A DNA stretch of 64,000 nt from Candidatus Omnitrophota bacterium (lineage in GTDB: Bacteria; Omnitrophota; Gorgyraeia; JAFGHF01), in contig JBHPFV010000002.1 of assembly GCA_042571705.1 (NCBI GenBank), positions 46,822-110,821 of the forward strand, read 5' to 3'. This document shows, piece after piece, positions 56,565 to 64,000 of this stretch. How positions within the stretch are numbered: position 1 is the first letter of the stretch; each line of letters opens with the position of its first letter. The notes below the pieces were generated by a model, which did no database searches, was not told the origin of the DNA, and worked only from the letters and a program-made list of their open reading frames with translations. Both the position numbers and the translations under genes were made by a program.

Positions 56565-58541
56565 CTATAACCGAAGAATGTTCAAATTGCAACTAAAATG
56601 GAATGTTTTTTTAAGGCTGATCGGCCAATGCGCCAGGATCGCGGTTTGTTGATAGTTACGCTCAAAACCAGATTCTGAGCAAGATATAGTCTCAATCGGA
56701 AAGGCCCAAATATTAGTCTGGCGATCAAAAATCAGGCTGACCCTTAGCTTATTGACCGGGTCGGCAAAGCTAAGCTTTTGGCTGGCGGCGCGGTCTATTT
56801 CTTCTTTGTTCGGGGTCCCCAGGGCAAGATTAAATTCCACCCCAAAGATCATCTCCAAAGGTATTTCAGTAAGGTTTTCCAATTTGTAGCGAATGGCAAC
56901 ATCTGCGCTCTCCTGCGCCAGCGCTAATTCTTTGGTGATCTTGACCGCCAGGTCCTGGCCGCGGTAATTCACCTGGCCGGTCCTCTGTAAAAATAGCTTT
57001 AACTGATCGGTGCTTGTCTTTTGCGTTAAGGCATACTTACCATTGATAAAATCGCCCAACTCTGGGTAGTCTAGATTTTTGAAGTTTGAGCAACCCAGCT
57101 GACTGGGCAGAAAGTGATCTAAAAGTGATGTCCGCAGATATCTATCATAGCTTAAGAATTTATCCAATCCCTGCTCTTTGCTACGGAATAAATCGCGGAT
57201 GTTCATAGCCTGGCTAAACTTGCGCTTTAATCTTAACTTATTGCTGGAGCCCACTCTTTGATGGTACGCCTCCGGTCTCCTGGAGAATCCGTCGCAGAGA
57301 TTGACCGCTTGCGGCCGATAATCCAGCTCGGTAATCGCGCCACCCCGTTCAGCAGAAATAAATAAATTCAAAATACCATTTTTAATCATTAATTCCGGCT
57401 GAGTGCCCTGATCTAAATCTATAATCTCAGAACTGAGCTGAACTGCTTGCCGATCCTCTAGAGCCGCTTCAGCCCGGATCAAATTCGCGTAAACCGCGTG
57501 CCTTAAATGGGCCAGGTAAATCCCGCCAAATACCCCGTGCCAATAAGGGCAATTGCATTGCGCCATATACAGGTATCTTCTGGCGGTTAAGTCTTGATCG
57601 GCGCTCCTCGCTAGTCTGGCGCTGACATCAAGCATTCTTTTATGCAAGCGATTTGCTTCCGGATACTTGCTAAAGAAGTTCTCAAAGGCGCCGCCGGACC
57701 ATTGCATTATCTCCTGATAGCCGCCAGCCGGAACTTGGATCGACCCTTGGGGCTTTTCGCTGTGCAAATATTCGCTAATTGTCCGCGTGCTTAACCAACT
57801 CTGGTTATCAACCAAGAGTTGGAAAAACTGCTCCAGCCACTTTTTTCGATATACCCAGCGTTGAGTGCCCGGCCAAAGGCCAAATTTCTCACCGTCATCA
57901 ACAATAGTCAGGGCTGGGTTTTGGGTATTTTTAGCCCTGTCTTTTAAGTATTTAATTACCTGTTTCGGCCTGGAAAACGGGATTAAATAACGCAGCTCTT
58001 TGTTCACTGTAAAACATGATAGCGGGGGCGTGGAATTTTGAATAGTGTAATAACCGGAAAGATCTTTATGGCTCAATCCCGCTTTAAGCAAATGGAAATC
58101 ATCGAGTAAGATATATTTCAGGCCGACTTTAGTTAAACTGCTAATTAGCTCCGGGGCCCAGACTCTTTCCCCCAGCCAGAGACCTTGAGGTTCATATTCA
58201 AAATAGTCCCGAATAAAGTTATTCAGCATTTCAATTTGGCCGATTCTGTCTCTTTCGGGAATTACCGGAAGTACCGGCTCAAAATAACCTCCGCTTAATA
58301 TTTCTAAGCGTCCCTGTTTGACCATCTGCTTAACGATCTGCAATAACTCCGGATCATTTTTGAGTAACCAGTCAATCAAGGCGCCGCTAAAATGCAGCGT
58401 AGACTTAAGCTGAGGAAATTTATTGATCGTCTCAAGAAAGGGGCGGTAACAATCTTCGGTGGCTTTTCTAAAGACCGCGGGAAGATTTCCTACCGGCTGG
58501 TGATTGTGAACTCCGAATAGAAGGGTCAGTTTACCTGGCAT
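56565..58541 (-). CDS. Glycoside hydrolase family 57 alpha-glucan enzyme (4-alpha-glucanotransferase / branching-enzyme-like)
   Basis: GH57 N-terminal signature LLFGVHNHQPVGN. 658 aa, close to the size of characterised GH57 glucanotransferases and branching enzymes. Confidence 0.8.
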   Translation of the reverse strand: MPGKLTLLFGVHNHQPVGNLPAVFRKATEDCYRPFLETINKFPQLKSTLHFSGALIDWLLKNDPELLQIVKQMVKQGRLEILSGGYFEPVLPVIPERDRIGQIEMLNNFIRDYFEYEPQGLWLGERVWAPELISSLTKVGLKYILLDDFHLLKAGLSHKDLSGYYTIQNSTPPLSCFTVNKELRYLIPFSRPKQVIKYLKDRAKNTQNPALTIVDDGEKFGLWPGTQRWVYRKKWLEQFFQLLVDNQSWLSTRTISEYLHSEKPQGSIQVPAGGYQEIMQWSGGAFENFFSKYPEANRLHKRMLDVSARLARSADQDLTARRYLYMAQCNCPYWHGVFGGIYLAHLRHAVYANLIRAEAALEDRQAVQLSSEIIDLDQGTQPELMIKNGILNLFISAERGGAITELDYRPQAVNLCDGFSRRPEAYHQRVGSSNKLRLKRKFSQAMNIRDLFRSKEQGLDKFLSYDRYLRTSLLDHFLPSQLGCSNFKNLDYPELGDFINGKYALTQKTSTDQLKLFLQRTGQVNYRGQDLAVKITKELALAQESADVAIRYKLENLTEIPLEMIFGVEFNLALGTPNKEEIDRAASQKLSFADPVNKLRVSLIFDRQTNIWAFPIETISCSESGFERNYQQTAILAHWPISLKKTFHFSCNLNILRL

Positions 58542-58542
58542 G

Positions 58543-59526
58543 CTAGTTTACCAAATGGCAGGACAGATAATGTCCGGGGCTGGCCTGTTTTAAAACCGGC
58601 TGATGCCGGGCGCAAACATCCATTGCCTTTGGGCAACGGGTTCTAAACCGGCAACCGGAAGGCAGCTTAAGGCCTGATGTAACTTCACCACGCAGCCTGG
58701 AGCGGTTTTTTCTATCCTTGGGGTCGGAAACAGGCACCGCACTAAGCAAGGCCTGTGTATAAGGATGCAATGGCCCAGCAAACAACTCCAGGTTAGGGGC
58801 CTTTTCCACAATCTGACCCAAATACATCACCGCCACCTGATCGCAAAAGGTCCTGGTTACATTTAAATCGTGAGTAATAAAAAGATAAGTCAAGCTAAAC
58901 TGCTCTTGTAAATCATAAAACAAGTTAATAATCTGGGCCTGCACAGATACGTCTAAAGAAGAAATCGGCTCATCCAACACTAAAAACAATGGGCGCAGGC
59001 TAATCGCCCGGGCGATGCCGATGCGCTGCCTTTGGCCGCCGCTAAAACTGTGCGGATAACGATTGGCGGCGTCACGACTTAAGCCAACAACTTCTAATAG
59101 CTGGGCTACCTGCTTTTGAATCTCTCTCTTGGATAACTGCCCAAAAAAACCCAAGCCCTCGGAGATAATCCGACCAACCGTAAAACGCGGATCAAGCGAA
59201 TTAAACGGGTCTTGAAACACGATTTGCATATCTTTTCTCAAAGAGCGCATTTGGCGATTGGAAATCTTGGTGATTTCTTTTTGATCAAAAAATATCTTTC
59301 CGCTATCAGGCTCAAGCAAGCGCAGAATCGAGCGGCCCAAAGTAGTCTTGCCGCAGCCTGATTCACCAACGAGCCCTAAGGTCTTACCCTGCTCGATCTC
59401 CAGACTGATGCCGTCCACCGCCTTGATCCACCCGACAGTTTTGTAAAACAATCCCTTTTTAACAGGGTAATATTTTTTAAGCGCCTCGATCTTGATTAAG
59501 GGTTTTTTCATTTGGCCTTCCAACAA
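58543..59526 (-). CDS. Oligopeptide/dipeptide ABC transporter ATP-binding protein (OppF/DppF-like)
   Basis: Walker [10 protein letters not shown], signature FSGGQRQRIGIARA, C-terminal oligopeptide-ABC extension. Confidence 0.85.
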   Translation of the reverse strand: MLEGQMKKPLIKIEALKKYYPVKKGLFYKTVGWIKAVDGISLEIEQGKTLGLVGESGCGKTTLGRSILRLLEPDSGKIFFDQKEITKISNRQMRSLRKDMQIVFQDPFNSLDPRFTVGRIISEGLGFFGQLSKREIQKQVAQLLEVVGLSRDAANRYPHSFSGGQRQRIGIARAISLRPLFLVLDEPISSLDVSVQAQIINLFYDLQEQFSLTYLFITHDLNVTRTFCDQVAVMYLGQIVEKAPNLELFAGPLHPYTQALLSAVPVSDPKDRKNRSRLRGEVTSGLKLPSGCRFRTRCPKAMDVCARHQPVLKQASPGHYLSCHLVN

Positions 59527-60473
59527 CTAACCTGATGCCCCTGATCAAACGGTAAAAATGGCGGATATTCATCTTGACAGCGGGCAATCGCCCGGTCGCA
59601 GCGAGGATGAAAAGCGCATCCCGATGGTTTATCAGCCGGATCCGGCACAGTACCTCTGATCGCCGCCAGCCTTTTCCGGGCTTGACCCCGGCCGGGTCTA
59701 GAATCAAGAAGTTTCTGGGTGTAGGGGTGCTTAGGCTGCTCAAAAATTGTAAATACATCGGTAACTTCGACTACTTTTCCGGCATACATAATGCAGACTC
59801 TATCCGCCACCTCAGCTACAATTCCTAAATCATGCGTAATTAGTAGTACGGACATATTAAGCTTCTCTTTTAGATGAGCAAAAAGTTGTAAGATCTCGGC
59901 CTGGATGGTTACATCCAAAGCCGTGGTCGGTTCATCAGCAATCAAAATCTTAGGATTTCCGGCTAGACCTTGGGCAATCATCGCCCGTTGTCTTAAACCG
60001 CCGCTTAAATTATGCGGATAATCGCTATATCTTTGTTCAGCCTGCGGCATCTCCACCTGCCTCAAAAGCTGAACTACTCTTTGCTGGGCCTCTTGCCGGC
60101 TTAAGTTTTGGTGGGCCAAAAGCGCCTCTTGGATCTGATAACCAATCGTATAGAGCGGATTCAAGGCGCTCATCGGCTCCTGAAAAATCATCCCGATTTC
60201 CTGACCTCTGATTGCGCGCATCTTTTGTCTTTTAAGCCTGGTCAAATCCTGGCCTTGAAAATTAACCTCACCCCCCATAATCTTGCCGGGAGGATTGGGC
60301 ACCAGGCCCATAATCGAAAGCGCGGTTACTGTCTTACCGCATCCGGATTCACCCACTAAGGCCAAGGTCTCCCCTTTCTGTAGCGTGAAAGAAACGCCTT
60401 CTACTGCCCGGGAGACTTTTTCTTCAAGATAAAAATAGGTATGTAGATTTTTGACTTCTAGTATATTATCCAT
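59508..60473 (-). CDS. Oligopeptide/dipeptide ABC transporter ATP-binding protein (OppD/DppD-like)
   Basis: Walker [10 protein letters not shown], signature [13 protein letters not shown]. Confidence 0.85.
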   Translation of the reverse strand: MDNILEVKNLHTYFYLEEKVSRAVEGVSFTLQKGETLALVGESGCGKTVTALSIMGLVPNPPGKIMGGEVNFQGQDLTRLKRQKMRAIRGQEIGMIFQEPMSALNPLYTIGYQIQEALLAHQNLSRQEAQQRVVQLLRQVEMPQAEQRYSDYPHNLSGGLRQRAMIAQGLAGNPKILIADEPTTALDVTIQAEILQLFAHLKEKLNMSVLLITHDLGIVAEVADRVCIMYAGKVVEVTDVFTIFEQPKHPYTQKLLDSRPGRGQARKRLAAIRGTVPDPADKPSGCAFHPRCDRAIARCQDEYPPFLPFDQGHQVSCWKAK

Positions 60474-61576
60474 TAAAGCTTTCTGCCAACTTCCATTTGC
60501 GGATCCAGCGCATCACGTAAACCGTCACCTAAAAAGTTAAACGCCATCACCGTAATAAAAATAAACACGCCCGGAATTAAAATCCAGGGATGGAACTTAA
60601 TTTGGGCCACGGCCATGGCCTCAGTTAATAAGTTGCCCCAGCTGGCGTGCGGGTCTTGAATCCCCAGGCCTAAAAGGCTTAAGGCCGACTCACCTAAAAT
60701 ATACCCGGGAATGGAAAGGCTCAAAGCCACGATAATATAGGAAAGCGTATTCGGCAGCACGTGCCTGGCGATTATTGTCAGCGGGCTGGCCCCCAAAGCT
60801 CGGGCGGCCAGCACGTATTCTTTCTCCCGAATAGAAAGGGCCATGCCTCTGACTACCCGGGCCAGGCTGGCCCAACCGATAAAGCTCATAATCACCACGA
60901 TCAAAAAATATACCTGCAACGAGGAAAGCTGCGGCGGAAAGGCCGCCCTTAAGGCCAGCATCAGATAAAAGCCGGGGATCATCATAATCATCTCGCAGGC
61001 GCGCATGATCAGGTTATCGATCTTGCCGCCAAAGTAACCGGAGATGCCGCCGATTATCGAACCAATCACGAAGGTAATCGCTACTCCTGCCAGTCCGATA
61101 GAAAGCGAGACCCGCGCGCCAAAAAGGATGCGCGAAAAAAGGTCGCGGCCGCGGGAATCAGCGCCCAACAAATAGATCCGCCCGGGGGCATCTACGCCAA
61201 AAAGATGTAGACGGCTCGGGAACAATCCTAAGAATTTATACTCATCGCCACGGACAAAGAATTTAAGCGGATAAACCTTGTTTCGATCAACTGTATAAAC
61301 ACGGCGATAGAATTTATCGAACTGGGCCGCACAAATATAAACAAACGGACGCAGATGGATCTTGCCTGCGGCGTCAATGAAACGCAGCCTGGTCGGGGGA
61401 TTATAGGAATTGGCTCTTTGCTCGTTATCATAGTGGTAGGGAGCGAGAAAATCAGCAAAAATTGCGGAGAAGTAAAGGCAGACTAATACGGAAAATCCAA
61501 TAATGGCCAATGGATTCTGCCTTAATTTCCTTAAAGCCAGTTGGAACGGATTGAGGTATGCGCGCTGCATTTTCAT
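60473..61576 (-). CDS. Peptide ABC transporter permease (OppC/DppC-like)
   Basis: N-terminal extension followed by a BPD_transp_1 core with the EAA-like loop (..ARALGAS...). Confidence 0.8.
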   Translation of the reverse strand: MKMQRAYLNPFQLALRKLRQNPLAIIGFSVLVCLYFSAIFADFLAPYHYDNEQRANSYNPPTRLRFIDAAGKIHLRPFVYICAAQFDKFYRRVYTVDRNKVYPLKFFVRGDEYKFLGLFPSRLHLFGVDAPGRIYLLGADSRGRDLFSRILFGARVSLSIGLAGVAITFVIGSIIGGISGYFGGKIDNLIMRACEMIMMIPGFYLMLALRAAFPPQLSSLQVYFLIVVIMSFIGWASLARVVRGMALSIREKEYVLAARALGASPLTIIARHVLPNTLSYIIVALSLSIPGYILGESALSLLGLGIQDPHASWGNLLTEAMAVAQIKFHPWILIPGVFIFITVMAFNFLGDGLRDALDPQMEVGRKL

Positions 61577-62538
61577 TTGTACTGTATCCTCGGGTCAGAC
61601 CAGGCTAACAGGATATCGGCAATTAGATTACCGCAAATCAACATCACCCCACCCATCAGCATGCTGCCCATTACCAAAAATAAATCCTGGCTTCTCACCG
61701 CTTGAAGCATTACTGTGCCTAAACCAGGCCAGCCAATGATAATCTCGGTTAAGGCCGCCCCGCTGAGCAGGCCGGACAAAGAATAACCAAAGATAGTAAT
61801 CATCGGATTAATCGCATTACGCAGGGCGTGAGTATAAATTACCCGGCGCTCAGAAAGACCTTTGGCCCGGGCAGTAGTGATGTACTGGGCGCGTAAGACC
61901 TCCAACATATTGCCGCGCATCAACCGTTGTAACCCGGCTAAGGCACTGGTGCCAATCACTATAGTGGGAATTACTAAATGCTTCAACAAATCCCAGATTT
62001 TTCCTAATCTAGACAGGCCTTCATAATTTGCGGAATGCATCCCTCCCAGAGGTAAAACACCCGTCAAGGAAACTAAATACAATAACAGCAAGGCAAAAAA
62101 GAAATTGGGAATGGATATCCCTATGAATGAAAACGTGGAAAATACACGATCCCCGATTTTGTTTTGGTGTACCGCGCAGTAGATGCCTATTGGAATAGCG
62201 ATTAACCAGGTAAATAACAGCGCGCTTAAAGACAATATAAAGGTATTAAACAGCCGGCCTTTAATGATCCTGGTTACCGGGCTCATCAAAGAAAAGGAGT
62301 AGCCTAAGTCCAGGCGCAGCAGATTCTTCAACCAATATCCATACTGAACCAAAGGATGCTTGTCTAAATGATAGCGGGCCTCGTATTGCTCAATGGTCTG
62401 TTGGGAAATCTGAGGGTTCATCCGCAGTGTATCAAAGTAGTTACCCGGGGCCAGCTGAATGACCATAAAGGCCACAAAGGTCATCGCCAACAGCAGCGGA
62501 ATGAAGATTAACACTCTGCGAATAATATAATTGGTCAT
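61573..62538 (-). CDS. Peptide ABC transporter permease (OppB/DppB-like)
   Basis: MTNYIIRRVL... N-terminus typical of OppB. Six TM segments. Confidence 0.85.
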   Translation of the reverse strand: MTNYIIRRVLIFIPLLLAMTFVAFMVIQLAPGNYFDTLRMNPQISQQTIEQYEARYHLDKHPLVQYGYWLKNLLRLDLGYSFSLMSPVTRIIKGRLFNTFILSLSALLFTWLIAIPIGIYCAVHQNKIGDRVFSTFSFIGISIPNFFFALLLLYLVSLTGVLPLGGMHSANYEGLSRLGKIWDLLKHLVIPTIVIGTSALAGLQRLMRGNMLEVLRAQYITTARAKGLSERRVIYTHALRNAINPMITIFGYSLSGLLSGAALTEIIIGWPGLGTVMLQAVRSQDLFLVMGSMLMGGVMLICGNLIADILLAWSDPRIQYK

Positions 62539-64000
62539 TTTTTCACAAAGATCTCTTCCAGGTTATGAAAGGCGCCACCGTAAGAGGTAGGATAAAGATT
62601 GCCGAACTTATTACGCACAGCAATGATTACTTTCGGAAGGACTGTATAAATAAATGGCGCTTCTTCGGCGATGATTTGTTGCCATTCATCATAGAGTTGT
62701 TTACGTTTATGTTTATCTAATTCCTGCACGCCTTGATTGAATATTTCATCGATCCGTTTTTCCCAAGCGGTAGCAGGTTGGGCTTGCTTAGGATACCACA
62801 TGTGCAGCTGACCTGAGGACTGCCAAACATTGTTGCCAAAATGAGGGTCCAGGCCGCCCCCGGTCAAGGCCAGGATCACCGCGTCCCAATCATAACTGGA
62901 ATTTAATTTGACCACCAGGTTATTGAATTCCAATTGCATAAAATGGACTTTAAAACCTAAATTCTCCAGGTCTTTCCGGATAATGTTGGCAATCTGTATC
63001 CTTTGGGTATTTCCGGAATTGGTAAACAGGCTGAATTCAATCTCGTTGCCATTTTGATCCTCAACGATCCCGTCTTTATCTCGATCATAAATACCAACTT
63101 CGCGCAGAAGGCTGCGGGCCTGATTCAAATCATATTCATACTTTTTAACTTTAGAATTGTAGAAGAAGCCCATGGCTGGGCTCATCGCCGCATGCTGCGG
63201 ATAACCTAACCCATTCATCACAATATCTATTATTGATTTTTTGTCGATGCTATAGGCTACCGCCTGTCTAAAATGTTTATTGGTAAACCAGGCCAATTTC
63301 TCAGGCGCAAGATATGCTTTACCGGTTTTTTGATCAAGGCTGCGATTTTGATTAAACACCAGGAAGTTGGTTCCCCGTCCGGGGCCGACTTCGTAAACAG
63401 TGAAGTTGCCTTCTTTTTCCTTGGGTTTAAGAATCGGATAGTCGCTGCCGCGCAGGGCATAAGAATCCAGCTCGCCTTCCTGGAATTTAAGTAACGCGGT
63501 CTCCTCACTTTGGACAATTAAGTAGACTATTTTCCCCAAATAAGGCAAACGGTTCTGTTGCTGGTCTTTTCGCCAGTAGCGGGGGTTTCTTTCAAAAACC
63601 ACCCTTTGCCCGGGGAGGTATTTAATTAATTTAAACGGGCCGGTGCCGATAATAGATTCCGGGGCGGCATCTAAGGTCCAGGTAGAATTAAACTTACCCC
63701 CCGCCACCGCTTCCTGGAGCACATGTTTCGGTAAGATTTCCTGGCCCATACTGCGCAAAAAAGGCGCGAATTTAACCGGCAGGGTAAATCTGACCGTAAA
63801 CTTATTCACCTTTTCTACTTTAAATATTTTACCCTCGATAGTAAAGATATCCCGCGATGAATTGGGGATCTCGGGGTCATAAATCAGCTTATTGAAGGTA
63901 AACACGACATCATCAGCTGTAAACTGCTGGCCATCGAACCACTGGACGTCTTGGCGTAAGCGAAAAGTCCAGATTAAGCCGGACTGATCTACTTGCCAGG
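62535..64000 (-). CDS. Peptide ABC transporter substrate-binding protein (SBP family 5), probably 5'-truncated by the window edge
   Basis: Family-5 SBP length and pattern. The track gives 62535..63905, but family-5 SBPs normally carry an N-terminal signal and about 60-100 more residues, so the true start may lie beyond 64000. Confidence 0.75.
   Translation of the reverse strand, partial: WQVDQSGLIWTFRLRQDVQWFDGQQFTADDVVFTFNKLIYDPEIPNSSRDIFTIEGKIFKVEKVNKFTVRFTLPVKFAPFLRSMGQEILPKHVLQEAVAGGKFNSTWTLDAAPESIIGTGPFKLIKYLPGQRVVFERNPRYWRKDQQQNRLPYLGKIVYLIVQSEETALLKFQEGELDSYALRGSDYPILKPKEKEGNFTVYEVGPGRGTNFLVFNQNRSLDQKTGKAYLAPEKLAWFTNKHFRQAVAYSIDKKSIIDIVMNGLGYPQHAAMSPAMGFFYNSKVKKYEYDLNQARSLLREVGIYDRDKDGIVEDQNGNEIEFSLFTNSGNTQRIQIANIIRKDLENLGFKVHFMQLEFNNLVVKLNSSYDWDAVILALTGGGLDPHFGNNVWQSSGQLHMWYPKQAQPATAWEKRIDEIFNQGVQELDKHKRKQLYDEWQQIIAEEAPFIYTVLPKVIIAVRNKFGNLYPTSYGGAFHNLEEIFVKK

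Noticed and set aside
60473-60760. The 367-aa OppC-like permease being a fusion or containing a frameshift, because of its long N-terminus
   Set aside because: DppC/OppC family members commonly carry an N-terminal extension before the first TM segment. The frame is continuous with a plausible start overlapping the upstream ATPase gene.

Overview
The window is a 64 kb, densely coding stretch of about 63 genes, and every gene I can support lies on the minus strand. GC is roughly 45-50%, consistent with an uncultivated free-living bacterium that has full biosynthetic capacity, not a reduced symbiont. I cannot assign a phylum from sequence alone.

Most of the window is housekeeping:
- Two DNA-repair and cell-wall genes, ksgA/rsmA and murA, plus polX, polA and uvrA.
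- A translation cluster: rpsP-trmD-rplS-rnhB, prmC-prfA, rpmE, rho, rpsI-rplM and truA.
- A lysine cluster by the DapL route: dapL-dapB-dapA-dapF-lysA.
- A complete arginine cluster: argC-J-B-D-F-G-H.
- asd and leuB, plus nadX-nadA, panC and folK.
- Glycogen genes (glgA, glgC, a GH57 enzyme) and an MscS channel.
- A five-gene Opp/Dpp-type peptide ABC transporter running off the right edge.

No rRNA, tRNA, CRISPR array or transposase was found.

The part worth a second look is the leuCD operon, which is interrupted by a ~1.5 kb low-GC cassette at about 51626-53183. The cassette carries a small two-helix membrane protein and a 202-aa protein with a HEPN-like Rx4H motif. Next to it sits a ~185-nt structured element with terminal inverted repeats, and a second copy of that element (about 87% identical) sits 50 kb away in the only other large intergenic region, between polX and ksgA. 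A frameshifting indel between the two copies argues against a protein-coding repeat, and both copies carry a conserved TATAAT on the gene strand facing the downstream gene. I read this as either a structured RNA family or a MITE-like mobile element with an outward promoter, linked to a candidate abortive-infection or toxin-like cassette.

Other curiosities, scored in the findings:
- A fusion of an RNase H-like 3'-5' exonuclease to a WYL domain.
- A strongly SD-led 83-aa lysine-rich protein made of two tandem ~32-aa repeats.
- A perfect in-frame 27-nt tandem duplication inside prmC.
- A perfect 12-10-12 inverted repeat in the uvrA promoter region.
- A 16-nt direct repeat pair in front of leuD.
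- A polX-DUF763 gene pair.

I read the sequence by eye, and my transcription slipped by a base in one region (uvrA start and the small protein's stop), which I caught against the ORF track. Gene coordinates follow the ORF track; coordinates of non-genic features that I derived myself may be off by one or two bases.
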